Virus record (IMG/VR): IMGVR_UViG_3300044693_000247
Coordinates: 1-64,000 of that record
Source of the DNA: a virus
Taxonomy: Duplodnaviria > Caudoviricetes
Strand: one strand, 5' to 3'
DNA length: 64,000 nt
Shown here: positions 18,609 through 28,730 of the stretch, one piece after another
How positions within the stretch are numbered: the first letter of the stretch is position 1
How the letters are laid out: each line of letters opens with the position of its first letter
Translations under genes and position numbers: made by a program
Notes under the pieces: generated by a model
Told to the model about the DNA's origin: nothing
The model's input: the letters and a program-made list of their open reading frames with translations, nothing else
Database searches by the model: none

Positions 18609-19073
18609 ATGGCCAGCGCCGAGATCAGGACCGTCAACGGCAACGACTACGGCATCAAGAAGATGCCGGCGGCGGATTCGCTGCGCGTCCAGGTGGCCAT
18701 CGCCCGCGTGGTCGGAGAGCCGCTCTTCCGGTCGCTGATGGACGCCAAGGGAAATCTGAAGTCGGAGGACGCGGACAAGGCGTTCGGCAACGCCATCGGC
18801 CTAATGACCTCGCGCATGGACGCCGACGAGCTCATCGCCGTGATGAACATGGTCCTCAAGGGCGTCGCTAACGGGAACAAGGTGTCGCTGAAGGTGGACG
18901 ACTTCGATGGGCGTCCGCTCGACCTCTGGCTCGTCTTCATCGAGGGACTGAAGGTGAGCTTCGGCGATTTTTTAGACGCCGCCCGCTCGCGTTTAAGCGA
19001 CGTCGCGAAGTTCCTGAAGGACTCCAGCCCATCGAGTCCGCCAACATCAACTGGTACGAGTGGCGCCCCGTAG
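18609..19073 (+). CDS. Tail assembly chaperone (gpG-like)
   Basis: Between tube and tape measure genes; contains a T TTT TTA slippery site. Confidence 0.8.
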   Translation: MASAEIRTVNGNDYGIKKMPAADSLRVQVAIARVVGEPLFRSLMDAKGNLKSEDADKAFGNAIGLMTSRMDADELIAVMNMVLKGVANGNKVSLKVDDFDGRPLDLWLVFIEGLKVSFGDFLDAARSRLSDVAKFLKDSSPSSPPTSTGTSGAP

Positions 19074-19228
19074 CCCGGGACCCGCCGCTTTGCCAGCGAC
19101 ACCAGCTCTGTGACGGGACGTACACGCTGGACGACCTCGCCGATTTCCATGAGCTGATGGACGAGGAGGACGAGTACCGGCGGCGTATTCAGGAGATCGA
19201 GGACAAGAAGAGGCCAAGGCCGAAATGA
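18968..19228 (+). CDS. -1 frameshift extension of the tail chaperone (gpGT-like C-terminus)
   Basis: The -1 frame is open from 18971 to TGA 19226-19228 and reads ...NINWYEWRPVARDPPLCQRHQLCDGTYTLDDLADFHELMDEEDE...; not in the ORF track. Confidence 0.75.
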   Translation, partial: FFRRRPLAFKRRREVPEGLQPIESANINWYEWRPVARDPPLCQRHQLCDGTYTLDDLADFHELMDEEDEYRRRIQEIEDKKRPRPK

Positions 19229-21123
19229 GCATCATCGACAGCTTGTTCGTCGCGCTCGGCTTCAAGGTCGACGACGCCGGCCTGTTCGCGATGCGGAAGA
19301 AGGCCGACGAGGCACGCGAGTCGATGATGGGCCTCGGCCACGCGATCGCCGGGATCGCCGCCGGGTTCGCGCTGCACAAGCTGGCCGAGATCGGTAGCAC
19401 GTTCGAGCAGAACCAGATCCAGATCGCCGGCTTCCTGTCAGCGCTCGGACAGTCTTCCGACTTCAACGCGGGCCTGAAGGACGCCGCGCAGGTCATCCAG
19501 CAGATCACGAACGACGCCGCGAAGCTCCCCGGCGAGGCGGACGAGTACATCGAGGTCTTCAAGGCCGGCCTGCCGTTCGTTCAGAAGGCGATGCCCGGCG
19601 GATCGCTCGCCGACATCACGAAGTTCACGAACCAGCTCACCGCGATCGGCAAGACCTTCGGTCTCGACGCGGGCCTGATCGCGCGCGAGTTCGACCACAT
19701 GCTGACGCCCGGTCGAGGAACCGCCGGGCTTCGCCTGCCGCTGTTCCGCCAGCTCCTGCCGTTCATGCAGCAGGTGAAGGGGCAGGCGCACATCACGGCC
19801 GAGAGCTTCAACGCGATGACCGCGCCGAAGCGACTCGAACTGCTCCAGTCGACGTTCGCGCAGCTCCAGCCGATGCTGGACGCCAGCGCGACGAGCTTCG
19901 ACGCCATGTACGGCGCCGTCGTGTCGATGGTCAAGCAGGTGGCGCGTCTCGGCTCCGCGTCGCTGTTCGGCGGGATGAAGAAGGCGCTCGACCGGATCAA
20001 CGCGATCTTCCTCGACGCGGATGGGAACCTGACCGAGTTCGGGAAGAGCGCCGTTGGCGTGTTTGGAGCCGTGTCCAGGATCTTCGCTCGCGTTCTGACC
20101 GACGGCGTAGAACTGATCGAAATGATGTCGAAGTCGAAGGCGGCGGGCATCGCTCTAAAGTTCGTGATGGGTCTGCTCGCTGCCCAGATCGCCGCGCTAG
20201 CGCTGGGGCCGTTGGTGCGCTTGGCGAGGGGCCTTCTCTACATCAAGGGGATCATCAATGGAGGACTGATCCTGGCGATCGGGCTCATCGCCGAGGACCT
20301 GTACCAGTTCTACACGGGCGGAAATTCCGTGACCGGCATGCTCGTGAAGAAGTTCGGGCCGGCGCTGCTGTTGATCAAGGCGTTGCTCGCAGCTCTCGTG
20401 CTCACGTTCCTTCAACTCAACGCGCCCGGAGTGCTCGTGCTATTCGGGAGAACGATAGGGTTCATCGGAGTGATGTTCGGGCGGACGATGGCGCTCATCA
20501 TGCCGCTGATCGCGCGCATCATCGCTCTCGGGTTTACGGTTCTGACCACCGGCGCACGGATGCTTATCGGCTGGCTCATCGGCCTCGGTCCCATCGGGCT
20601 CATCATCCTGGGACTCGTCGCGATCGGCGCCGCGATCTACGCGCTCTGGCGCAACTTCGACCGCGTGATGGCGTTCATCCGGAAGAACTGGGCGCTGCTC
20701 GTGCCGCTGCTGTTCACCGGCATCGGGCCGATACTGGCGCTCATCCTCGGCGTCATCGCGCTGGGGAAGCACTGGGACCAGGTCGTGAGCGGCATGGAGA
20801 AGGTCTGGGAGCGCTTCACCGGCAAGCTGAAGTCGATCAAGGACGAGGTGAGCGGGTTCTTCGGGTTCGGCGACAACGGGCCGGCCGATGCCGGCCTGCT
20901 GGCTCCAGGCGGAGGCGTGCTGGCGGCCGCCGGCGCGCCGACCAGCTCCGACTACGCGCCCATCGCTTTCGGATCCGCCGCTGGCGGAGGCGGATCCGCC
21001 AACACCACCAACGTGCACGTCGATCGACCGCAGATCACGGTCGTGACCAACGATCCCGAGGCGGCTGGTCGCGCCGTGCATCGCGAGCTGACCCGCAACG
21101 CGCAGTCGAAGAAGGCGTACTGA
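19225..21123 (+). CDS. Tape measure protein
   Basis: IIDSLFVALGFKVD start, long helical region then hydrophobic repeats; synteny. Confidence 0.9.
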   Translation: MSIIDSLFVALGFKVDDAGLFAMRKKADEARESMMGLGHAIAGIAAGFALHKLAEIGSTFEQNQIQIAGFLSALGQSSDFNAGLKDAAQVIQQITNDAAKLPGEADEYIEVFKAGLPFVQKAMPGGSLADITKFTNQLTAIGKTFGLDAGLIAREFDHMLTPGRGTAGLRLPLFRQLLPFMQQVKGQAHITAESFNAMTAPKRLELLQSTFAQLQPMLDASATSFDAMYGAVVSMVKQVARLGSASLFGGMKKALDRINAIFLDADGNLTEFGKSAVGVFGAVSRIFARVLTDGVELIEMMSKSKAAGIALKFVMGLLAAQIAALALGPLVRLARGLLYIKGIINGGLILAIGLIAEDLYQFYTGGNSVTGMLVKKFGPALLLIKALLAALVLTFLQLNAPGVLVLFGRTIGFIGVMFGRTMALIMPLIARIIALGFTVLTTGARMLIGWLIGLGPIGLIILGLVAIGAAIYALWRNFDRVMAFIRKNWALLVPLLFTGIGPILALILGVIALGKHWDQVVSGMEKVWERFTGKLKSIKDEVSGFFGFGDNGPADAGLLAPGGGVLAAAGAPTSSDYAPIAFGSAAGGGGSANTTNVHVDRPQITVVTNDPEAAGRAVHRELTRNAQSKKAY

Positions 21124-21761
21124 TGGGTTCCGACGTCACGCGGGTGTGGGTTCTCGGTGGCCTGACGCCGGATTTCCACTTCGACGCCACGGTCCGCGAG
21201 TCGCACACGTCCCAGCTCACCGTGACGGACAACCCCGTCGAGACCGGCGTCGTGGTGTCCGACCACGCATTCATGCAGCCGCTCCGCCTCGAGATCGAGG
21301 CAGCAGTCTCCGATACGCCGCTGTCCACGCCCGAGGATGACTCGTTCGCCAGCGAGGTGAGTCGGTCCGCGAAGGCATTCCAGCTTCTGCAGCAGCTTCA
21401 GTCGGCCGCGGAACCGTTCAACGTGCAGACCGGGCTCCGCTTCTACGAGAACCTCATCATCGAGACGCTGACCGCCGAGCAGGACAAGGACACGGCCAAC
21501 GTGCTGGCGTTCCGGGCGTCACTGCGCGAGGTGATCATCGTCAGCACGCAAACGGTGACGTACCCGCCGCGCGCCGCCGGCAAGCCAACGCGCCAGGCAT
21601 CTCAGAAGGTCAGCGGCGGTGAGAAGAAGGCCCAGGCGCCCGCGAACGATTCGCAGCGCGAGTCGATCCTGCACTCGCTGATCGCGAGCCAGAAGGTCGA
21701 CATCGGATCCGCGCTGAAGTCGGCGCTGGGATTCGACAACCCCAACGCTGGCGGACCCTGA
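21123..21761 (+). CDS. Baseplate / tail tube initiator (Dit-like) protein
   Basis: DATVRESH...VTDNPVETG..VSDHA motif. Confidence 0.85.
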   Translation: MGSDVTRVWVLGGLTPDFHFDATVRESHTSQLTVTDNPVETGVVVSDHAFMQPLRLEIEAAVSDTPLSTPEDDSFASEVSRSAKAFQLLQQLQSAAEPFNVQTGLRFYENLIIETLTAEQDKDTANVLAFRASLREVIIVSTQTVTYPPRAAGKPTRQASQKVSGGEKKAQAPANDSQRESILHSLIASQKVDIGSALKSALGFDNPNAGGP

Positions 21762-22660
21762 TGCTGGTCGTCCCGCTCACCTCAGATCCCGCGCAGAGCT
21801 TCGACGTGCAGCTCGGAGACGACAAGCTCACGATCGAAGCCCGGTTCAACGACCGGTCGAACTCCTGGACGTTCGACCTGACGGACGCCAACACGCAGGA
21901 GACCCTCGTGACCGGCGTCCCTTTGCTCATCGGCCAGGACATGCTGGCTCCGTACGCACTGGGGCGCGGGGGACTGGTAGCAACCGATCTCTCGAGCACC
22001 GACACCGACGCCGGCCCCGACGACCTCGGCGACCGGGTGATCGTGACGTGGTTGAGCCCCGACGAGCTCTCGGCGCTGGCGGCGGCCGGCGTGCCGGGGA
22101 TCGCGACGTTCCAGGGTGCGCCGGCCGCCGGCGGAACGTCGGGCTCGAGCGGTACCGGGGGCGGAACCGGCGGCGCGGGCGGTGGTGGAACTGGCGGTGG
22201 CGGAACGGGTGGCACCGGGGGCTCAGGCGGTGGGGGCACCGGGGGCGGCACCGGCGGGACGGGCGGAACCGGAGGGGGAACAAGCCTCGTGGCCGTTCCC
22301 TCCGTGCCGCTGGTGCTCAACGAGCAGCACGCCGACTCAAGCGGCGTCGAGGTGCTGGTCGCCGAATGGCCTGCCGACCTCACGCCGAACGTGGCCGCCA
22401 CGGTTACGCTGGACATCGCCTTCCTCGCGAGCTCGGCAACCGGAACGGCCACCTACCGCGCCTACGTCGGAGGGACCGTCGGCACCATCGACGGGACGCT
22501 CGTCGGATCGATCACCCGGGCGGCGTCGACGCTCGCGCCGGTCACGATCACGGGCACGATCGGCAACCCTCGCACGACGGTGCTGGTGAAGCTCACCATG
22601 CAGTCGAGCGGCGCCGGCTCGAACGCGGTCATCGACGAGATGACCGGGAGCATCGGATGA
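21761..22660 (+). CDS. Baseplate plug-like protein with Gly-rich linker and extra C-terminal beta domain
   Basis: N-terminal ~105 aa (VPLTSDPAQSF...FNDRSNSWTFD...GVPLLIG) followed by a G/T linker and an extension. Confidence 0.75.
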   Translation: MLVVPLTSDPAQSFDVQLGDDKLTIEARFNDRSNSWTFDLTDANTQETLVTGVPLLIGQDMLAPYALGRGGLVATDLSSTDTDAGPDDLGDRVIVTWLSPDELSALAAAGVPGIATFQGAPAAGGTSGSSGTGGGTGGAGGGGTGGGGTGGTGGSGGGGTGGGTGGTGGTGGGTSLVAVPSVPLVLNEQHADSSGVEVLVAEWPADLTPNVAATVTLDIAFLASSATGTATYRAYVGGTVGTIDGTLVGSITRAASTLAPVTITGTIGNPRTTVLVKLTMQSSGAGSNAVIDEMTGSIG

Positions 22661-23613
22661 GCACCGCGCAGCGCCAGTACAAGCGCGAGTGCGAGGTGAT
22701 CATCGGCCAGGGGACCGTCGGCCAGGGGATTTCCGTCAAGGACCTGCGAATCACGTTCGAGATTACGAAGACGATCGGCCGCACGCCGAACGCAGCCCTC
22801 ATCAAGATCCACAACCTCACCCAAGCCCACGAGAACCAGATCAAGGGCGAGTTCGACGAGGTGCTGGTCAACGCCGGATACCAGGGTGGCGCGCTGTTGA
22901 TCTTCCGCGGCAACATCCGCCACGTCTTCAGGTATCGACAGGAGACGGACTGGATCACGGAGATCGCCGCCGCCGACGGCGATCGCGACTTCCACAATGC
23001 CTTCGTGAACCTGTCCCTGGCCGGTGGTACGTCCACGTCGCAACTGGTGGACAAGGTGGTCGGGACCTTCTCGGACACCACGCTGGGCCCTGTGACGCTG
23101 AAGGAGCGGTCGCGAATTCGGGGCCGCGTGGTCTCTGCTATGGCGCGTGACGTGCTCGACGACATCGCGGCCGAAAGCAGCGCCCACTGGTCGATCCAGG
23201 ACGGGCAGCTCCACATCGTTCACGTCGACTCGACGCTGCCCGACGAGGCCATCGTCATCACGGCCGAGACCGGGATGCTGGATGCCCCGCAGATAGACGA
23301 CAAGGGCATCAAGGTGCGCTGTCTGCTCAACCCGCGGATAAAGGTGAACGGAAAGATCTGGCTCAACAACAACGACGTCATGCTGCGCGTCCGAAAGCAG
23401 CGGGCGTCGTTGCCGGGCGCAAAGCAGCCAGCCAAGAAGAAGCAGCAGCGCCAGATCGCGCGCCTCGACCCAGACGGCGTCTACAAGGTCTACAAGTTGG
23501 TCCACAAGGGAGACACGCGCGGCAACGAGTGGGAGACCGAGGTGCACTGCGTGGCACTCGGAACCTCGATACCTGCAACCCGCGGCGCGCCGGCGATTCC
23601 GAAGGAGAACTGA
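22657..23613 (+). CDS. Baseplate hub protein
   Basis: LRITFEITKT...PN.A.I.I.NL, LVNAGY, WSIQDG, TGMLDAPQ, LLNPRI. Confidence 0.88.
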   Translation: MSTAQRQYKRECEVIIGQGTVGQGISVKDLRITFEITKTIGRTPNAALIKIHNLTQAHENQIKGEFDEVLVNAGYQGGALLIFRGNIRHVFRYRQETDWITEIAAADGDRDFHNAFVNLSLAGGTSTSQLVDKVVGTFSDTTLGPVTLKERSRIRGRVVSAMARDVLDDIAAESSAHWSIQDGQLHIVHVDSTLPDEAIVITAETGMLDAPQIDDKGIKVRCLLNPRIKVNGKIWLNNNDVMLRVRKQRASLPGAKQPAKKKQQRQIARLDPDGVYKVYKLVHKGDTRGNEWETEVHCVALGTSIPATRGAPAIPKEN

Positions 23614-23615
23614 CG

Positions 23616-24386
23616 ATGGACGCCGACACAGCGGACTCCCTGCAGCGAGACCAGCAGCTCGAGGACATCCGCGACGAGGGCATCCGATCCTTCGTCGAGA
23701 ATGCGCTCAAGGACGTTCACACCTGCATGCCCGGGATCGTGCAGTCGTTCGACCCCGAGAAGCAGACCGTCACCGTGCAGCCGGCGATCAAGACGGTCCT
23801 GCGGGACGACGGGCCGATCTCGCTGCCTATCTGCCTGGACGTCCCGGTGGTGTTTCCGGCCGGAGGGAACTTCGTGCTCACGTTCCCTGTCCAGCCTGAC
23901 GACGAGTGCCTTCTGGTATTCGCTGAGCGCGCCATCGACTTCTGGTGGGACAGAGGAGGCGTGCAGTTGCCGTCGGAGGTGCGATTCCATGACCTGAGCG
24001 ATGGATTCGCGATCGTGGGCGTCAATTCGCGCAAGAAGGCCGAGGAAATTCCACCTGCGGCGACGGATGCCTGTGAGCTGCGCACGCGCGACGGCACCAC
24101 GGTCCTCCGCGTCGAGGGAGGTACGATCTTCATCGGCGGAAAGACCGGAGCCGAGCTGGCGATCAAGGGCGAGACGTACCGGACGGCCGAGTCGACAGTT
24201 TCCACGGCGTGGTCGACGTTCCTGGACGCGCTCAACATCTACATCGCTACCATCAAGCCGATCGCTGACCCAACGAACGCCGCGACGTCTCCGCTCACGG
24301 CGGCAGTCCTGACAATGAAGGCTGCCATCGCGACTTTCGAGGGAGGGGCGCCCGGATACCTCGCCCAGATCGCGAAGGTGCTCTGA
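23616..24386 (+). CDS. Baseplate spike (Gp138/gp5-like N-terminal OB domain)
   Basis: HTCMPGIVQSFDP..TVTVQPAI, DVPVVFP.GG, GDECL-like, RFHDLSDGFAI. Confidence 0.88.
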   Translation: MDADTADSLQRDQQLEDIRDEGIRSFVENALKDVHTCMPGIVQSFDPEKQTVTVQPAIKTVLRDDGPISLPICLDVPVVFPAGGNFVLTFPVQPDDECLLVFAERAIDFWWDRGGVQLPSEVRFHDLSDGFAIVGVNSRKKAEEIPPAATDACELRTRDGTTVLRVEGGTIFIGGKTGAELAIKGETYRTAESTVSTAWSTFLDALNIYIATIKPIADPTNAATSPLTAAVLTMKAAIATFEGGAPGYLAQIAKVL

Positions 24387-24775
24387 TGGCTACACTGCGC
24401 GTGCGGCGTCTCGACGCCAATCACGACATGACCTTCGGCGGCGGCAAGAACAACTACGCCGCCACGGGGGAGGCTACCGGCCAGCGACTGAGGACCCGCC
24501 TGCTCCTAATCCTTGGCGAGTGGTTCTTGGACACCACCGCCGGCGTGCCGTGGCTCCAGCCGCCCGACTCCGACACCCGCCCGATCATGGGCGGTCCGCG
24601 AGATCTCCAGTACAGCGAGGGCGTTTTGAAGGCCGCCATTTTGGGGACCGACGGGGTTGCGACCCTAGACTCGTTTTCGATGACGTTCGACGGAACGACA
24701 CGAAAGCTATCGGTTTCGGCATCCGGTACGACCGCCGACGGTGACGCCTTCAACATCCAGGTGACCGGACCATGA
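24386..24775 (+). CDS. Baseplate wedge (gp25-like) protein
   Basis: VRRLDANHDMTFG...RLLLILGEWFLDTTAGVPW. Confidence 0.85.
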   Translation: MATLRVRRLDANHDMTFGGGKNNYAATGEATGQRLRTRLLLILGEWFLDTTAGVPWLQPPDSDTRPIMGGPRDLQYSEGVLKAAILGTDGVATLDSFSMTFDGTTRKLSVSASGTTADGDAFNIQVTGP

Positions 24776-25938
24776 GCGTGACGATCGACGACACCGGGTT
24801 TCACCGCGACAGGCTCGACCAGATCGTGGCCGACCTGACGGCGTCGTTCCAGAGCATCTATGGCTCGGACATCGACGTGTCCCCTGACTCTCCCGACGGT
24901 CAGCTCATCGGAATCCTCGCCGAGATGGTCTCCGATGCCCAGCAGATGGCCGAGTCGGTGTACAACGCTCTCGCGCCCGCCGGGGCCACGGGCGCCGCGC
25001 TCGCGAGACTGGCACTGCTCAACGGCGTGATTCGCAAGCCGGCTCAGTTCAGCACGTCGTCCGTGAGCCTCACTGGTACGCCAGGAACCGTGGTGCCCGC
25101 CGGATCCCTCATCGGGAGCAGCGACGTCAACAACCCTGCCACGTTCGCGACAGACTCCACCCTCACAATCGGATCGACCGGTGTCGTCATCGGCACTGCG
25201 ACGGCCACGACGCCAGGGCCGATCAACGCCGCCGCCGGCACGCTGACGAAGGTGCAGACCGTGATCAACGGTTGGGTGGCGGTTACGAACACGTCCGCAG
25301 CGAGCCCCGGCACCCTGGCCGAGACCGATCCGGCCCTCCGCGTCCGCCGCGCGCAGTCCGTCGCGCTGCCGTCGCAGGGCATCACCGACGGCATGTTCGC
25401 GGCTCTGCTCCAGGTCGCCAACGTCACGGCCGTGGCCGTGTACGAGAACTTCCTCGACACGCCGATCTCCATGCACGGCGGCGGGACGCTCGCGCCGCAT
25501 GCCATTCAGGCCATCGTCGAAGGCGGAGATCCCATCGACATCGCCACCACGATCTGGAACGAGAAGTCTCAAGGCGTGACCCTCGTCGGCGCTCAGACTC
25601 AGGCGATCACCGACTCGCAGGGTACCTCGCAGACCATCAGGTTCGACCGGCCAACGGAGGCCGACATCTTCGTGACCGTGCAGCTCACGCAGGCCGTGGG
25701 CAGCGCCACGAAGACCGCGATCATCAACGCCATCGTCGCCTTCGGCCAGGCCAACGCCGCGATCGGAAAGGACATCATCTGGTCGCAACTCTTCATCCCG
25801 ATCAACAGCATTCCCGGCCTCAGCGTGAACTCCGTGTTCCTGGGTCTCGCCGCCAGCCCGACGGCACAAGTGAACCTGACGATCCCGTTCAACGCTCTTC
25901 CGACCTGGAACGCCGCCAACATCGTGGTGACGCCGTAG
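24772..25938 (+). CDS. Baseplate J-like wedge protein
   Basis: SPDGQLIG, LNGVIRKPA, ETDPALRVRR, PHAIQAIVEGG. Confidence 0.92.
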   Translation: MSVTIDDTGFHRDRLDQIVADLTASFQSIYGSDIDVSPDSPDGQLIGILAEMVSDAQQMAESVYNALAPAGATGAALARLALLNGVIRKPAQFSTSSVSLTGTPGTVVPAGSLIGSSDVNNPATFATDSTLTIGSTGVVIGTATATTPGPINAAAGTLTKVQTVINGWVAVTNTSAASPGTLAETDPALRVRRAQSVALPSQGITDGMFAALLQVANVTAVAVYENFLDTPISMHGGGTLAPHAIQAIVEGGDPIDIATTIWNEKSQGVTLVGAQTQAITDSQGTSQTIRFDRPTEADIFVTVQLTQAVGSATKTAIINAIVAFGQANAAIGKDIIWSQLFIPINSIPGLSVNSVFLGLAASPTAQVNLTIPFNALPTWNAANIVVTP

Positions 25939-25939
25939 C

Positions 25940-26554
25940 ATGCCTGTCGCGCCCATCACCGGTGCCCAGGACTACGGCGCGCAGGCGCTGAGCCGGGTTG
26001 CGGTCCAGTACCGCGAGAGCTCAAAGCTTCTGGCGACGATCTCCGCGCTCGCTGACTTCTACCAGGAGGTCGAAAACGCCCTGGTCACCATCGGCACGCT
26101 GCGGGACATCACGATTGCCGGAGGCGTGAACCTCGACACCGACGGCGAACTCGTGGGACAGAGCCGCGAGCTCGTGAACGGGGACGTGATCGACGACCCG
26201 ACGTACCGGACCCTCATCCAGATCAAGATCGCGCGCAACAGCTCGCACGCGAAGAACGAAGACCTCATCGGCATTCTGGCACAGATCTTCGGTGGTCCGG
26301 TCCGCCTGCAGGACTACGGCGGCATGGCGGTCGGCGTGGCCATTCCTGTTCAGCCGACGTCGGACCAGATTGCGATCCTGGACGGAGACATCCTCCCGAG
26401 AGCGGATGGCGTCCAGATCAACCCTCGCGAGTGGTTCCTGCCGACGAACCACTTCGGCTTCGCGCCGGAAACGGGCGGAGATCAGACAGCGCTACCGTTC
26501 GGCGAGGGCAACAACCCTGCGCCTCCAGGCGGAAGGTTCGCCGAAATTTTCTGA
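25940..26554 (+). CDS. DUF2612 baseplate wedge protein
   Basis: QYRES.KL, GVNLD.GE.VG.SR, DD..YRTLIQIKIARN. Confidence 0.85.
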   Translation: MPVAPITGAQDYGAQALSRVAVQYRESSKLLATISALADFYQEVENALVTIGTLRDITIAGGVNLDTDGELVGQSRELVNGDVIDDPTYRTLIQIKIARNSSHAKNEDLIGILAQIFGGPVRLQDYGGMAVGVAIPVQPTSDQIAILDGDILPRADGVQINPREWFLPTNHFGFAPETGGDQTALPFGEGNNPAPPGGRFAEIF

Positions 26555-26582
26555 CCCTGTCCGAACGGCTGAGGATTGACGA

Positions 26583-27773
26583 ATGGCGCGCGCGACGAAA
26601 CCGGCGGTCCTTCCCTGGTGGGCGGAAACCGCCGCAAACCCGGCGGACATCGAACAGCCGAGTAACTCGTTCATCACGGCCGGATGGCCATTGTCAGCGA
26701 TTCCGCCGGCGCGCCAGTTCTTCAACTGGATCCTGAACCGCGCCGACGCCGGACTCCGGTATCTGCTTCAGCGCGGGATCTCCGACTGGGATTCGGCCGA
26801 GGACGGATATGGAGCGGGGGACGTCGTGCGAGACCCCTCGGGGCTGTTCTTCCGGCTCGAGGGCACCGCCACGACGGGCCTCGCGCCTGCGGCGGATACC
26901 GCGAACTGGCGTCGGTGGTACGCGAACTGGCAGCCGCTCCCCGGCGACGGGTTCAACGCCGAGATCATGGCGTGGAAGAACGCCGCCGGCCTCGTGCGCG
27001 GCGTGATCGACCACCAGGGCAACTACGCTGGCAAGATTCAGCGCTGGCAGGAGCAGTGGGCGGATGCTTCGATCACCGCGCTCACGGCTCCGAACAGCGC
27101 CGGCACTGGGAAGTTCTTCGGTCGCTGGAACTACGGCATCGAGAACAACAACGGCACGCCTGCGATCGGCCTCCTCGGAGCTGCAGCGGCATCTCTTCAG
27201 TGGTCATCGACCCTGAGTTTGCAGTTCGGCAGCGCGCCCGGGACGGCGAATGCTTTGGCCGTCGAGCTCGCGCACCCGCCGGTCCTCTTCGACCCGGACC
27301 TTGGCATCGCATTGCAGTGGGACCACGTTCCACTCGTCGCTGCCACGGGGAACGAGTGTTCGATGGGCCTCCTGGCTGCCTCGCTGATCGGAACGACCAA
27401 CAACATCGCCACGCAGGCGCCGGCCGGGTTGGCGTTCGTGCGCCGCTCCGGTGACTCGAACTGGTTCGCATACGTGCGTCCGGCCGGTGGCGCGGCGACG
27501 TTCACGGACACGGGCGTCTCCGCGAGCGCCGTCCGTCGTCGGTTCCGGATCGACTGGCTGGGCGCGAACGTCTCGGGCGACACCAACCCGCGCGCGATCT
27601 TCATCATCGACGGCAACATCCGCAACAACATCATCGTCGACGTGGTGAACGGAGCGTCTCCCGTTCCAGCGGCTATACCGTCGTTCAGGCAGCAGGGAAC
27701 GATCGCGTCGCAAACCCTGATCGGCGTGACGGATTTCTTCGCGAACCTCTGGGCGGGTAGCGTGACGCTCTAG
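26583..27773 (+). CDS. Tail fibre protein
   Basis: Baseplate-attachment N-terminus (GW...PPARQFFNWIL...YLLQRGISDWD...Y) and a beta-rich C-terminus. Confidence 0.85.
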   Translation: MARATKPAVLPWWAETAANPADIEQPSNSFITAGWPLSAIPPARQFFNWILNRADAGLRYLLQRGISDWDSAEDGYGAGDVVRDPSGLFFRLEGTATTGLAPAADTANWRRWYANWQPLPGDGFNAEIMAWKNAAGLVRGVIDHQGNYAGKIQRWQEQWADASITALTAPNSAGTGKFFGRWNYGIENNNGTPAIGLLGAAAASLQWSSTLSLQFGSAPGTANALAVELAHPPVLFDPDLGIALQWDHVPLVAATGNECSMGLLAASLIGTTNNIATQAPAGLAFVRRSGDSNWFAYVRPAGGAATFTDTGVSASAVRRRFRIDWLGANVSGDTNPRAIFIIDGNIRNNIIVDVVNGASPVPAAIPSFRQQGTIASQTLIGVTDFFANLWAGSVTL

Positions 27774-28186
27774 GGAACGCCGGGGCAGTCGACGACGACC
27801 GAGCAGTTGGCGATCATCGCGCCCTTATAGATGCCGTGGACACAGGTCCTCGAGTGCGGCTCTGTCATGGGGAGGACGTGCGCGGAGATGCACATGGCGC
27901 CGTGCTCGACTCTCTTGTCGGAGAGGTGCCTGTGCTCATAGAGCATGGCGGTCGACGACTGACCAAGGCGTGTCCCATCGCCAGATCGAGACGGTGACGA
28001 TCCCTGGTCAGTGACGAATCCGCAGGTACAGACGTCCTGGCCAATGTAGTCACCGGCGGAAAGAGCGGAGAGGGAGGCGGATACGGGCGCCTGGGCACGT
28101 ACTCCAGTTTTCTGGATCTCGTCGCATGTCGCTGAACCGAGCGCGATAGCGATCAGGAGGCCCCGCACTGCTGAAGCGCTTCGCAT
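27770..28186 (-). CDS. Secreted Cys-rich hypothetical protein (moron)
   Basis: Hydrophobic N-terminus and multiple Cys; ATG at 28186. Confidence 0.5.
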   Translation of the reverse strand: MRSASAVRGLLIAIALGSATCDEIQKTGVRAQAPVSASLSALSAGDYIGQDVCTCGFVTDQGSSPSRSGDGTRLGQSSTAMLYEHRHLSDKRVEHGAMCISAHVLPMTEPHSRTCVHGIYKGAMIANCSVVVDCPGVP

Positions 28187-28190
28187 CGAC

Positions 28191-28730
28191 TTATCGAAAC
28201 ACGCATTCGCTGCAGGCGGCAACGCAGGCGGTGCTGGCGTCGGCGAGACATTCCTGATGGTTCGGGAATGAGGAATTAGATGGATCAGGACTGCATATCG
28301 CGCAGGCGACGTTATGGTTCGCGGGTAGAACCTGGATCTTCGTCGACTGCGTGGTGGTGTCGTACCCCTCGCAGATCTGCGTGGACGTCGGTGTCCACCC
28401 AACCGCGTCCATGCACGTCGGGTAGCTGACGGCGCTGCCACCGGCACCGCCGGTGCCTTGCGCGCCGCCCGCCCCGGCGGTCGATCCACCGCTGCCGCCA
28501 GACGAGCTCGAGGCACCTCCCGCGCCCCCGCTTGCCCCGGCATCCGTCCCCGATGCACCCCCGGTGGCCTGCGCTCCCCCGGCTCCGCCTGCTCCCGATC
28601 CCGCGTCTGATTCGACCGCCGCGCCCCCGCTGCCGGATCCGGCACCCATAGACGAATCGCCATCGCCCGCGCAGCCCGCCAGCGCCAGCACCGCGCCGAT
28701 CACCGCTACCAGCATCGTCGTCGCCATCAT
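28191..28730 (-). CDS. Lipoprotein with Gly/Ser/Ala linker and Cys-rich C-terminus (myxobacterial style)
   Basis: Lipobox LAGC after a hydrophobic signal; DAG/GGAGG linker. Confidence 0.75.
   Translation of the reverse strand: MMATTMLVAVIGAVLALAGCAGDGDSSMGAGSGSGGAAVESDAGSGAGGAGGAQATGGASGTDAGASGGAGGASSSSGGSGGSTAGAGGAQGTGGAGGSAVSYPTCMDAVGWTPTSTQICEGYDTTTQSTKIQVLPANHNVACAICSPDPSNSSFPNHQECLADASTACVAACSECVFR

Noticed and set aside
22140-22280. GGC/ACC-rich low-complexity DNA as a non-coding repeat element
   Set aside because: It is the in-frame Gly/Thr linker of the baseplate protein; the same applies to 28440-28640 in the lipoprotein.
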